Assembly (NCBI GenBank): GCA_029864565.1
Contig: JAOTTD010000004.1
Coordinates: 6,727 to 70,726 of the forward strand
Source of the DNA: Thermoplasmata archaeon
GTDB lineage: Archaea; Thermoplasmatota; Thermoplasmata; UBA10834
Reading direction: 5' to 3'
DNA: 64,000 nt
Of this stretch, positions 45,684 to 54,696 are shown one piece after another; within the stretch, counting starts at the first letter, position 1; each line of letters begins with the position of its first letter. A program made the translations under genes and the position numbers. The notes beneath the pieces are model-generated. The model did no database searches. It had not been told where the DNA came from and was given only the letters and a program-made list of their open reading frames with translations.

Positions 45684-46831
45684 TCCGGCTCGGCTGCCTC
45701 GCCGCGTTCGGTCGTATCGATCATGTCCTTGAATATATTCTCCAATATGCCGGGTGTTATGTCCCGGCCGCCCAGGCCAGCGACGTAATTCTTTACCGTA
45801 GGGCGCTCAACCAACGGATAGAGCGAGCCGCAAATCTCGGTGTAGAACGCGCCCGCCGCTCCGTACGTATAGCTTCTGTCGAGGACCGCGATACCGCGAA
45901 CCCTCTTTGCCAGAGTCCTGAACTCGTCGCGCGGGAAGGGGCGGAAGGCGCGGAGCCGCGCAAGTCCCACCCGAATACCCCTGGATCTCATGGAATCCAC
46001 CACTTCCCTGGCCGTGCCTGCGGCCGAGCCCGCGACCACCAGAACGACATCAGCATCCTCGCACTCGTACTCGTCGAGGAGGCCGCCGTAGGACCGACCG
46101 AATGCCCGCTTGAATTCGTCCTCGACGGAGAGTATGCGTTCGTGGGCGGAGTCCATCGCCTTCATCGCCTTGTACCTGAACTCCATATATTGGTCCGGCC
46201 TGACGAGCGAGCCGAAGCCCATCGGCCTGCCCACTTCGAGCTTGATCTCGGGGTCGTACCCGGGCAGGAACGAATCGACCAGCTCTTGGTCGGGCACGTC
46301 GACCGGCTCAGAAGTATGAGACAGTATGAACGCGTCCTCAATGATCATCGCAGGCAGCATAACGTCCCTGCTCTCGCCGATCTTGTAGGCCATGACAACG
46401 GTATCGAGGACCTCCTGGTTGCTCTCGCAGAAGAACTGCATCCAACCGGTGTCCCTCTGGGCGACGGAATCCATGTGGTCGACCCACACACTCCAAGGAG
46501 GAGCCATCGCTCTGCTGACATTGGTCATGACGACCGGGGCCCTTGCGCTCGAAGCCCAGATGAGCACTTCATGCATGAGCGTGAGCCCGTGGGAACTCGT
46601 GGCCGTGTAGGTCCTTGCGCCGGCGATGGAGGCGGAGATGCATGCTGCCATGGCGCTATGCTCGCTCTCCACGGGGATGAACTTCGCATCCATCTCGCCA
46701 GAGGACACGAACTCCGCGAGCTTCTCTACTATCGATGTCTGCGGCGTGATCGGATAGGCCGCTATCACCTCTGCTCTGGAGACCTTTGCACCGTATGCCG
46801 AGGCATAATTGCCGGTCATCACCTTCCTCAT
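45644..46831 (-). CDS. porA: Pyruvate:ferredoxin oxidoreductase, alpha subunit
   Basis: MTGNYASAYGAKVSRAEVIAAYPITPQT is the typical N-terminus. ORF track start 46873; the Met at 46831 is likelier. Confidence 0.9.
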   Translation of the reverse strand: MRKVMTGNYASAYGAKVSRAEVIAAYPITPQTSIVEKLAEFVSSGEMDAKFIPVESEHSAMAACISASIAGARTYTATSSHGLTLMHEVLIWASSARAPVVMTNVSRAMAPPWSVWVDHMDSVAQRDTGWMQFFCESNQEVLDTVVMAYKIGESRDVMLPAMIIEDAFILSHTSEPVDVPDQELVDSFLPGYDPEIKLEVGRPMGFGSLVRPDQYMEFRYKAMKAMDSAHERILSVEDEFKRAFGRSYGGLLDEYECEDADVVLVVAGSAAGTAREVVDSMRSRGIRVGLARLRAFRPFPRDEFRTLAKRVRGIAVLDRSYTYGAAGAFYTEICGSLYPLVERPTVKNYVAGLGGRDITPGILENIFKDMIDTTERGEAAEPEWVDVEGLERRWR

Positions 46832-47100
46832 CCCTCGCCCTCCTTGACCATAACGATGCATTTCGCAGGACACTCATTCGCACAAATCCCGCAGCCTTTG
46901 CAGAACTCCAGGTCGATCACCGGGATGCCGTCAACCAACTCAATCGTCGCATCAGGGCAGAATTTCCAGCAGAGGGTGCACTTCTTGCACTTCTCGAGGT
47001 CCACCACGGGATAGAACACCCTCCAGAGGCCTGTTTTGTTGATGGTGCTCGGCTCGCTCGATATGGGCGTCAACGGGATGGCCTCATATGACTTGGTCAT
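46828..47100 (-). CDS. porD: Pyruvate:ferredoxin oxidoreductase, delta subunit (2x[4Fe-4S] ferredoxin)
   Basis: CKKCTLCWKFCP and CKGCGICANECP. The internal Met at 47100 gives the usual ~90 aa, and an ATGA-type overlap links it to porG. Confidence 0.88.
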   Translation of the reverse strand: MTKSYEAIPLTPISSEPSTINKTGLWRVFYPVVDLEKCKKCTLCWKFCPDATIELVDGIPVIDLEFCKGCGICANECPAKCIVMVKEGEG

Positions 47101-47654
47101 ATGACGACCTCCTTGGTGCGTTCGTAGGCGGCGCGAGCGGCGGCTACGTTTGCGTCCTTCTTCACAGGCGCCTTGTCGCGTATGCTCTCCAGCATCGATT
47201 CGAGGGATATGAGATCGCATATCCGGGCGAAGCCACCCATTATCGCGGTGTTGACTATCGGCAAGACTTTGGAGCCTATCTGATTCTCAGCAGCGATGGA
47301 GGTGGCGTCCAGCGTGTAGTACCGATATCCTGAAGGAAGTGCGTTAAGGTCCTTCCCGTCTGGGTAATTAATGAGGACATGTCCTCCTGTCTTGAGCCCG
47401 TTCAGGAGGTCCACGCCCTTCATGAGCGAGCTATCGAGCACCACGACATAGTCGGGTTCGTAGATGCTCGACCGGAGCCGTATTGGACGCGTATCGATCC
47501 TCGCATACGCGGTCACTGGAGCTCCTCTGCGCTCCACGCCGAAGAATGGAAATGATGCGACCTCGAACCCTTCCCTGAAAGCTGCGTTGGCCAGGACCTC
47601 GGATGCGATGACGACCCCCTGGCCGCCTCTTCCATGGAACCTGACCTCGATCAT
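47097..47654 (-). CDS. porG: Pyruvate:ferredoxin oxidoreductase, gamma subunit
   Basis: MIEVRFHGRGGQGVVIASEVLANAAF. Confidence 0.9.
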   Translation of the reverse strand: MIEVRFHGRGGQGVVIASEVLANAAFREGFEVASFPFFGVERRGAPVTAYARIDTRPIRLRSSIYEPDYVVVLDSSLMKGVDLLNGLKTGGHVLINYPDGKDLNALPSGYRYYTLDATSIAAENQIGSKVLPIVNTAIMGGFARICDLISLESMLESIRDKAPVKKDANVAAARAAYERTKEVVI

Positions 47655-47782
47655 GAATGCACCCTGGTTCATGTGTTAGCACTTTCAAGATATTAATCAT
47701 TCACCGAACTACGGGCGCACCACAGAGCGAGATTATTACATACTGGACCGACCTTCGTGAAGCTGTGAAAGGCCCTTTCTCC

Positions 47783-48220
47783 ATGATGCATGTGCGCGCG
47801 CTCTGTCATGCCACCGAGAAGCTGGAGAGCGTCAAACAGACCGTGTTGAACGTGATAGGCGAGGCGGAACTCCAGGTCTCGCACACGTCGGGGCACCATG
47901 GGAACGAGATACTCATTGTAGAGGCACGCGTCGAAGACGCCCAGCGAGGTCTCGAACTCTTCCACAAATTGAGCGATTCCGACAAGGAGATGGTGCTTAA
48001 CACCCTGGAGAAGAGGGTTGACGAATCGTGCAACCTCTTCCTGAGAGTCGACAAACAGGCTGCGTTCCGTGGGAAGATGACTCTCGCGCAGAACGACGAC
48101 GCAATTGCGGTCAGGATGAAGGTGACGGCGTACCCTGCCAAGAAGGAGATTGTGGTGAGAATGCTCCGCGATATGCTTGAGAACGCAGAAGAACGGCGGA
48201 CTCGCGCGCCAGCACCTTGA
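47783..48220 (+). CDS. DUF54 / predicted exosome-associated RNA-binding protein (COG1325-like)
   Basis: VRALCHATEKLESVKQTVLNVIG matches the hAtED..ekV N-terminal block I recall for this family, and the ~145 aa size fits. The long upstream extension in the ORF track is unlikely to be coding. Confidence 0.6.
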   Translation: MMHVRALCHATEKLESVKQTVLNVIGEAELQVSHTSGHHGNEILIVEARVEDAQRGLELFHKLSDSDKEMVLNTLEKRVDESCNLFLRVDKQAAFRGKMTLAQNDDAIAVRMKVTAYPAKKEIVVRMLRDMLENAEERRTRAPAP

Positions 48221-48286
48221 GCTGCAAATACGATTCATTGATATATCGAAGCATTCATTTCACACACCCAGCGAGCAAGCGCCCCA

Positions 48287-48371
48287 GCAGGGGTAGCCAA
48301 GCCTGGTCAACGGCGCAAGGCTTAGGACCTTGTCCAGAAGTGGTTCCGCGGTTCGAATCCGCGCCCCTGCA
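48287..48371 (+). tRNA. tRNA-Leu (anticodon TAG), no encoded CCA
   Basis: Acceptor GCAGGGG/CCCCTGC, anticodon stem CAAGG/CCTTG with loop CTTAGGA, a long variable arm (TCCAGAAGTGGTTC), and T arm CGCGG-TTCGAAT-CCGCG. Confidence 0.93.
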
Positions 48372-48442
48372 CCTCTTGTTATACTGAAAGGGCGTTCGAC
48401 GCGAAAGAAACCGCAACCGCCGAGCTGTTCCCAATAGGGATT

Positions 48443-48730
48443 CTATTTCGGGGCTTTGATTGCACGAATGACCAGGAATACTACTAAGGCGACAGGTGCA
48501 ATTATGAGAATCGCACCAAGTATCTCTTCATTCTCGTGGATTAGGGTCATTCCAGAGATTACACCGAGAAATAGTGCCACGAACACGAGTGCTCCGATGA
48601 CGGGTGGCACGGACCTAACTCTCCACCTCACGCTCATTTCGTAGGGTTCACTTGCATGTACCACCCTTCCTGAAGATGGTCCGAAGCCAGCCATGAATGT
48701 CACAGAGATACGATTGAAGCGCGAGGGCAT
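48443..48730 (-). CDS. Possible small two-helix membrane protein
   Basis: The only evidence is two hydrophobic segments (PPVIGALVFVALFLGVISGM; ILGAILIIAPVALVVFLVI). Confidence 0.3.
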   Translation of the reverse strand: MPSRFNRISVTFMAGFGPSSGRVVHASEPYEMSVRWRVRSVPPVIGALVFVALFLGVISGMTLIHENEEILGAILIIAPVALVVFLVIRAIKAPK

Positions 48731-49145
48731 ATAGGTTATCGGGGAAGTCCAACTGTAAGGGCATCACGGACATCAGGGCCATCGAGACAAGGAAGAGGAT
48801 GCTTGACTAAGAAGGGTGCCCTCTGTACCATCATTGGCCTGAGCCGCCCTTCGACTGAAACGAATCGCAGCCAGATTCGAACTCGGAGGCGGAGAGGAAC
48901 TTGCGGTATTTGCCATCGGGAAAGCACCCACGGTGGCTCCCCCTTTGGCTGTACCATTCACAACGCCTGCAAGTTCGTCCCGAGGATTTCCTCAAGGACG
49001 CTAGAATCTTACGCTCCTCCGATGTGTAGCCATTCTCATCCGCAACCATGCCCGTCGCCCACACCCAGATGGCCGTTGCAGGATAGAATCGTTGCCATGA
49101 CCCGGCCGCCGACCATAAATACCAAACCCGCCAATAACCGCTTCC

Positions 49146-49487
49146 GTGAAGTTCGTCTATTGCCACAAGTGCAAGGAGCTACGCGTCAAGCCTTGGTACA
49201 GCACGCGCCCGCGTTGCTCGCGCTGTCGGGACGACGGGAGGGAGATCAAGGTGCCAAGAACGTCCCTTTCCTTCGTCGTCTACGCACTCATCCTTGTGAC
49301 TTTCGTGCTGGTATACCTCTACACTAGAACCGATAACAGGCTTTACGTATTCGGGGGTGTCGCCACGTTGGTAGCGTGTTTTATCGCTCAAGCCTATGAG
49401 TTATCGCAGGGGGAGCGAGTTGCTCGGTCCAGAATAAGGTCCACAAAATCAGATGCCGAAGCCTTCAGGAAGAAAGGCTGGCTCTAG
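49146..49487 (+). CDS. Zinc-ribbon protein with two TM helices
   Basis: CHKC-x13-CSRC at the N-terminus, then SFVVYALILVTFVLVYLY and VFGGVATLVACFIAQAY. Confidence 0.45.
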   Translation: MKFVYCHKCKELRVKPWYSTRPRCSRCRDDGREIKVPRTSLSFVVYALILVTFVLVYLYTRTDNRLYVFGGVATLVACFIAQAYELSQGERVARSRIRSTKSDAEAFRKKGWL

Positions 49488-50018
49488 CTGGAATGATATC
49501 GTCACTCTCTGGATGCCGTCTTCTGGAAGATCACAGCACGCCGATAGGATATCTCCCGACCCAGGCGGGCTCCGCTCGATCCGAAGTATGACGGCATCAC
49601 CGACAATGGTGTGGAGGTGCAGAATAACGTGAGGAGTCATGAGAGGGTGGGAGATGTTCGTGGCGATGCCCAGGATCATGCTGTTCAGAGAATCGAACGA
49701 ATCCACCGGTTCCCCTCGCAGGACTGCGGTCGCCTCCGCGGCTAAACATTCGGACACCGTTGTATGCGCTGGCACATCGAGTGGTCTGTCCAGCTGCACA
49801 ACGCATCGCGCGCCTAACGACGCCTTGAGGAATACGGGCAGGATCGATTCTGGATTGCATCTGCTCGCAGGGTTCGCATTCACATCGTCAGGTACCGCCT
49901 CAACGCGGTACATGCAGAGTTGCAGTGAGGATATCAGAATGGCGACTGCGAAGAACACCATCGCGTCCATCAGGGCGAGCTGCCCCCTGTCGTTGAAGCT
50001 ACAACGAGCCGACATATG
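49449..50018 (-). CDS. Candidate archaeal type IV pilin-like protein (class III signal peptide)
   Basis: A basic N-terminus, then NDRGQ followed by LALMDAMVFFAVAILISSL, resembles the [KR]G / Q-hydrophobic prepilin cleavage context. Divergent from the pilus ATPase operon. The start is uncertain (50090 or 50018). Confidence 0.4.
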   Translation of the reverse strand, partial: HMSARCSFNDRGQLALMDAMVFFAVAILISSLQLCMYRVEAVPDDVNANPASRCNPESILPVFLKASLGARCVVQLDRPLDVPAHTTVSECLAAEATAVLRGEPVDSFDSLNSMILGIATNISHPLMTPHVILHLHTIVGDAVILRIERSPPGSGDILSACCDLPEDGIQRVTISFQLEPAFLPEGFGI

Positions 50019-50463
50019 CCACCACCTCCGCAACGGCGCTTCCAGAGACGCCATATCGCAGGTTGAACAGCCGATTGTGCCACCCAGCATCAGCGCCCGT
50101 CGGTTCCGTTTGATTCCCCAGGCTGAGCAGAAGCTCCTGCCAAGGGTGAATTACTGAGACGGAAATCGCCCAGACGCCAGGCCATGTGCTCCCGTTGTCA
50201 AGCAGAGACGAGTTAACGAACCGTACTGATTCGACTGTTGCATCGGCTCCACATTTGTTCGAGAGCGCAAGCATGAACGTTCCCACCAAATCCTCGGCCT
50301 GTTGCTCGCACGAACTGACAGCTTCCAGTACGCCTCTGCCTTCCATGACCCATACGTTTGTGCCAATCAACAACAATGTGCCGGTAAGCACGAATAGTAG
50401 CACCGGCAAATCCTCAAAGAATCCGCCGATGCCGAGATGGTCGTCCCGCATCGAACAGCGCAT
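49999..50463 (-). CDS. Candidate pilin-like or pilus-associated protein with N-terminal hydrophobic helix
   Basis: DHLGIGGFFEDLPVLLFVLTGTLLLIGTNVWV at the N-terminus, with the rest predicted soluble. It is upstream of, and co-oriented with, 49449-50018. Confidence 0.35.
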   Translation of the reverse strand: MRCSMRDDHLGIGGFFEDLPVLLFVLTGTLLLIGTNVWVMEGRGVLEAVSSCEQQAEDLVGTFMLALSNKCGADATVESVRFVNSSLLDNGSTWPGVWAISVSVIHPWQELLLSLGNQTEPTGADAGWHNRLFNLRYGVSGSAVAEVVAYVGSL

Positions 50464-50550
50464 CCCTTGCTTGAGTGCATCTGTGAACCTGCTACACGCA
50501 GACTACACAGACAGAATGGATAGATGCACCCCGGGGCGCAATCGTAAAGC

Positions 50551-51090
50551 ATGGAATGTGAGCCCAGATCGGTCGGCAGGAAGCAGCTGATCCCTGCACT
50601 CAGCAGTGAAGTCAAATGCCCGCACAATTACCGAAACGACGACGAGTTGCTCCTCGAGGTGGAGTGCAGCGAGTGTCCTGGCACACAGGACCTCACGAAC
50701 AACAGGTGCCTTGCTGGAATATTGCAGATACTGTGCTCCGAGGCCAGACCGAACATCATCATCCTGAAACGCCACATACACAGGAGGTATCGGGAATCTG
50801 CCCTGTTGCCAGTGTTGGAAGCTGCCTCTGACCTTGCTGCGATGAACAGGGCGCTTTCGACGCGTCCAGAACCGTCAGACAGGAGGTGTCAGACATGCGA
50901 GGCCAGTGTTCCCAGATTGGTCAACAGAGTCAGGCGGGAGCTGCTGGATAGCCCCATGGAATTCATTTCCGACAGGCGTGGCACGATCACCCGATTACAT
51001 GAAGAGTTGGGCGACGTCGATTGCATGCACGCGCCAGCCTGCGTACGGCGTGCTCTGGGAGTGGATTCGGGCCGAGGAGGGAATCCTTAG
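50551..51090 (+). CDS. Cys-rich protein, function unknown, in frame with the downstream ATPase
   Basis: CPHN..CSEC, CQTC and CMHAPAC. It ends in TAG at 51088-51090, and the ATPase ATG at 51091 is the next codon in the same frame. Confidence 0.5.
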   Translation: MECEPRSVGRKQLIPALSSEVKCPHNYRNDDELLLEVECSECPGTQDLTNNRCLAGILQILCSEARPNIIILKRHIHRRYRESALLPVLEAASDLAAMNRALSTRPEPSDRRCQTCEASVPRLVNRVRRELLDSPMEFISDRRGTITRLHEELGDVDCMHAPACVRRALGVDSGRGGNP

Positions 51091-52866
51091 ATGCCTCCTC
51101 GAGGTCGCCTCCCTCGCATTCTCAATAACCCCGATGCGGAAGATATTCCGCCGCCGTGCCAGCCCGACCCAGTGACGCGTGAGCAGGTCCGTTTCCAGGC
51201 GATGCGCCAGGGCGAGACGAGGCCCTGTTTCGCTTCCTCGTGGCTCATGAGAGAAGAGTACTCAGACGGCGACATAGCAGACAGATACTCGGTCGACGGC
51301 GTCGACGTCATCGTGGTATCCCATAAGAACCGCAGCAGCGGTTCGTACCTCATCTACCCCCCCGAGTATCAGATGAACCCCAGACAGCTCCAGGTCCTCA
51401 CAGAGGCGATGAATCGCCTCAGCCGGTTTAGGCCCGGGGAAATGCAGGTCGAATCGATCTCGATCATACGCGCGCACATGAGAACGATGGCGAAGGACGT
51501 CGTCTACTCTATCCTCGCCCGGCAAGAGGGCGATTCAAAGGGAGAAGAGCTTGAGAGAGAGGCGGACGAGCTATCGACAATCATATGCAGATACACGGCG
51601 GGATACGGCGTCCTTGAAACCATGTTGAGAGATCCACGGGTTCAGGACGTCTACATCGACGCGCCTTCGGGTCAGGCGCCGGTGCACGTCGTGCTGAGGT
51701 CGAATGCTGTCAGCGCCGTCAGACAGAAGTGTCGGACGAACGTCTTCGTCGGTAGACGTGACCTGCAGGCCTTCGTGTCTAGAGTCAAGTTCGAGACGGG
51801 ACTGCCCTTCTCGGAGGCGGTTCCGGTCCTCGAGGCGGACATAAAGGACCTTCGCTCAAGGGTGACGCTCGTGTCGCCTCCTTTGAGCGACAGAGGGGTT
51901 TCCGTGGCCGTTAGGAGGCATTCTGAGAGGGTGTGGTCGTTGCCCCACCTGATCGCCAACAGCTCGCTCTCGCCGCTGCTCTCGGGCTTCCTGTGGGCTT
52001 GCACTATCGGAAGGAGAGCGGTGTTGATAGCCGGGAGCAGGGGGGCTGGAAAGACGACACTGCTCTCGGCCCTGTTGCTCGAATTTCCTCTTTCGCAGAG
52101 AATCCTCCTGATAGAGGATACGCCAGAGGTCCCTGTGGCAAGGATGCAGGAACTCGGATACGACATCCAGACCCTTAGATTCTCACATAGGGACGCTGCG
52201 GGCAGAGGCCTCGACGCCAAGGACGCCCTGAAGGTGAGCCTGCGAATGGGCGAGAGCGCGATCGTCATAGGAGAGGTGAGGAGCCACGAGGCCAGCGTCC
52301 TGTACGAAAGCATGCGCGCTGGGAGTGCGGGGTCTTCCGTTCTGGGCACGATACACGGCAACTCGGCCAAGGGTGTCCTCGACAGGGCGGTCGAGGACCT
52401 CGGGGTCTCGGAGAGAGCATTCTCGTCAACGGACATCGTCGTGGTTATCGGTCTGTTGCGGTCCCCCGACGGCACGCGTTTCAGTAGGCGAGTAGTTGAA
52501 GTGGCAGAAGTCAGGCAGGAGGGATCGTCAGTGAGGCTCGTGAACCTATTTGAAACCGACCCAGAATGTTCATGCGCCAAGCCCACAGCGGCGTTTTCGG
52601 CCGGATGCGACACGGTGGCTGGCATCGCAGACGCGCTCGGTAGGAGCCCCGAGGACCTTCTCGATATCATAAGAGCGAAGGCACACGCCGACCAAGTGCT
52701 CGCAGACACTCGCACGGGCACAGGGTCGCGGCGCCTTGAATGCACCGACGACATGAGGGTGAGGTCAAACGAACTCCTCACCAGGGACCTGTTCAATTCC
52801 GCATCTCCGGAGGCGGGTCTGAGGCAATGGATGGCATCGTATGAGACCCGATTCAGTGGGTTGTGA
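51091..52866 (+). CDS. Type II/IV secretion-family ATPase (archaeal FlaI/PilB/TadA-like)
   Basis: Walker A LIAGSRGAGKTTLLSALL, Walker B-like ILLIEDTPE, GEVRSHEA, and the His-box region GTIHGNSA. Confidence 0.9.
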   Translation: MPPRGRLPRILNNPDAEDIPPPCQPDPVTREQVRFQAMRQGETRPCFASSWLMREEYSDGDIADRYSVDGVDVIVVSHKNRSSGSYLIYPPEYQMNPRQLQVLTEAMNRLSRFRPGEMQVESISIIRAHMRTMAKDVVYSILARQEGDSKGEELEREADELSTIICRYTAGYGVLETMLRDPRVQDVYIDAPSGQAPVHVVLRSNAVSAVRQKCRTNVFVGRRDLQAFVSRVKFETGLPFSEAVPVLEADIKDLRSRVTLVSPPLSDRGVSVAVRRHSERVWSLPHLIANSSLSPLLSGFLWACTIGRRAVLIAGSRGAGKTTLLSALLLEFPLSQRILLIEDTPEVPVARMQELGYDIQTLRFSHRDAAGRGLDAKDALKVSLRMGESAIVIGEVRSHEASVLYESMRAGSAGSSVLGTIHGNSAKGVLDRAVEDLGVSERAFSSTDIVVVIGLLRSPDGTRFSRRVVEVAEVRQEGSSVRLVNLFETDPECSCAKPTAAFSAGCDTVAGIADALGRSPEDLLDIIRAKAHADQVLADTRTGTGSRRLECTDDMRVRSNELLTRDLFNSASPEAGLRQWMASYETRFSGL

Positions 52867-54682
52867 GTGGCGAAGCAGACCGTTCTCTCGGGTCTGCCAC
52901 GTCTTGGCTTCATTGGACCGACGTCTACCAGGCTCTGCTCGATCCGGCAGCCGCGTGCGCTCTGTCAAGGCAAGATTCCGCAAAGATGGACGGGGCCGAG
53001 AATCCGCAGCGCGTGCGCGACGCCGAGCCGAGTTGTCAGGTGATCTTTCGCGATCATCGATTCCCACTGGCGCGGACACCGTCCTGTCTGCAGCGAGGGG
53101 AATCGTGGTGGTTACGGGAGCTCCTCTGGTCGCGCTGGTAGCACTGCTTCTCGCGATGAAGCGGATGGACTTGGCGGCTCTTTCGATGTTCCTCGTGGTC
53201 ATTCTTCCGATGCTGTCCAGGGAGGTTCTACTGTCGTATCCCAGAATCGTAGCGTCCAAGAAGGGAGCCCAGGTTGCGCGGAGCTCAACAGACGACCTTA
53301 CACTCATAATCATGAGCCTCAGGCACGAGCCGTCCTTGCCCAAGGCCATGGCGCTCGCCGCAAGTCGGAGTTCGGATTTCGCAGCGGAGCTGAGGGAGAG
53401 CATATGGTCGGTCATATCCGGGGTGCACTCGACGTTCGAAGAGGCCCTCCATGACCTGGCGAAGAAGTGGGCAGGCCACTGTGGGGAGCTCAAGCCTGCT
53501 GTGCGCGCCATGATAACGGCATCGTGCGAAGCCACGGAGGCTGGAAGGAGGAGGGCTCTGGATAGGGCGAACGATGCTCTGGTTACAGGCGCGAAGTGTC
53601 GCATTGAGGAGTATACCCTATCGCTCTCGGTTCCCAGCATGATTCTCTTCGGCATTGGCATACTGCTGCCGATGATGGTGGGTTCGTTCTTGCCGATGTT
53701 GTCTTGGGACATATGGACTGTAGACTCGATGCAGGCACCGCCCAGCGAAGTGCACTCAGGCGGCATCGCGCTTCAGACCGTCGTGCTGATGAACATCGTG
53801 TTTCCAGCGGTGGCCCTGCTGGTTGCGTTGGATGCCGTGTCCAAACATCCGATGGCCAGGCCGGTTCACGGAGACCCTCGCTACAACCATTCAAGGCTCG
53901 CTGCCGAAGCGTGCGCCGCATTATCCTTTTCCTTGGCAGGCTTGGCGGCTTCTCACCTACTACTGGATGGCCCCGTGGAATACGTCTTGTGCGTGCTCTC
54001 CGTCGTGGTGCCCGCCTCTCTTCTACTGACCGTACACGGTTCGGGCACAGCGCCTCAAGGCGACCGAGATGAAAGGGAGCGAATCGAGGACCTACTTTTC
54101 AGTGCCGGAGCGAGGTTGGTCGACGGGGAGAACCTAGAAATCGCCATGCATGGAGCACGCATTGACCGAAATAGTCACGACCTACTGCGACAGACGGGCA
54201 ACGCCACGCACGTTCAGGAAGGATGCCGCAGGGCATACGATGAATGGTCCAATGAGGAGAGGGCGCTGGGAGTCGTGACCGAGGCGGCGTCAAAGGATGA
54301 ATCACAGGCAGGAATCCTTGCGATGGACCTCGCGGGATATGTGAGGGAGGTTGCCGAGCTGGAAGCGGTCTTAAAGAGGCGCCTCAAGCCGACGCTGTCC
54401 ATGATGCGGCTGACGACCCATGCCCTAGCACCGATCATGCTTGGCGTAACACACACGATCTACGGGTCCTTGACATCGATTGGGGGAGGCGCAAGCGGCC
54501 TTTCGCCAGGGGCGCTGTTTGCCATTCTGGCTGCGTTCCTGGTTGAGATTAACATCGTAGTAGCCTACTTCGCGTGGGGCATAGGAGAACAACGGCGGCT
54601 ATGCACATTGGCGTACTCGATTGGCTCGTGCATGCTCGTCGCCGTCTTGATACTGTCAGCCGTCGTGCTTGCGACTTTATGA
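52841..54682 (+). CDS. Polytopic membrane platform protein (FlaJ/TadC/PilC-like)
   Basis: Nine or more TM helices and two soluble helical inserts, positioned directly after the ATPase. The first ~88 codons are Arg-rich and look non-coding. A GTG at 53105 (MVVTGAPLVALVALLL) is a plausible true start. Confidence 0.7.
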   Translation: MRPDSVGCEWRSRPFSRVCHVLASLDRRLPGSARSGSRVRSVKARFRKDGRGRESAARARRRAELSGDLSRSSIPTGADTVLSAARGIVVVTGAPLVALVALLLAMKRMDLAALSMFLVVILPMLSREVLLSYPRIVASKKGAQVARSSTDDLTLIIMSLRHEPSLPKAMALAASRSSDFAAELRESIWSVISGVHSTFEEALHDLAKKWAGHCGELKPAVRAMITASCEATEAGRRRALDRANDALVTGAKCRIEEYTLSLSVPSMILFGIGILLPMMVGSFLPMLSWDIWTVDSMQAPPSEVHSGGIALQTVVLMNIVFPAVALLVALDAVSKHPMARPVHGDPRYNHSRLAAEACAALSFSLAGLAASHLLLDGPVEYVLCVLSVVVPASLLLTVHGSGTAPQGDRDERERIEDLLFSAGARLVDGENLEIAMHGARIDRNSHDLLRQTGNATHVQEGCRRAYDEWSNEERALGVVTEAASKDESQAGILAMDLAGYVREVAELEAVLKRRLKPTLSMMRLTTHALAPIMLGVTHTIYGSLTSIGGGASGLSPGALFAILAAFLVEINIVVAYFAWGIGEQRRLCTLAYSIGSCMLVAVLILSAVVLATL

Positions 54683-54696
54683 TGCGCCGAATCGCT

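Noticed and set aside
48736-49166. Overlapping ORFs (73, 62 and 111 aa, minus strand; 174 aa, plus strand) downstream of tRNA-Leu
   Set aside because: All have skewed Trp/Arg/Pro/Ser composition and overlap one another, and none has a recognisable motif. This may be a decayed gene, but I cannot support any single frame.
51672-53766. Long minus-strand ORFs (413 aa and 333 aa) across the pilus ATPase and platform genes
   Set aside because: They are antisense shadows in GC-rich coding sequence, with Arg/Ser/Pro-rich composition and no motifs. The same applies to 6437-7372(-), 29677-30543(+), 34443-35231(+), 40321-41040(+) and 46142-47014(+).
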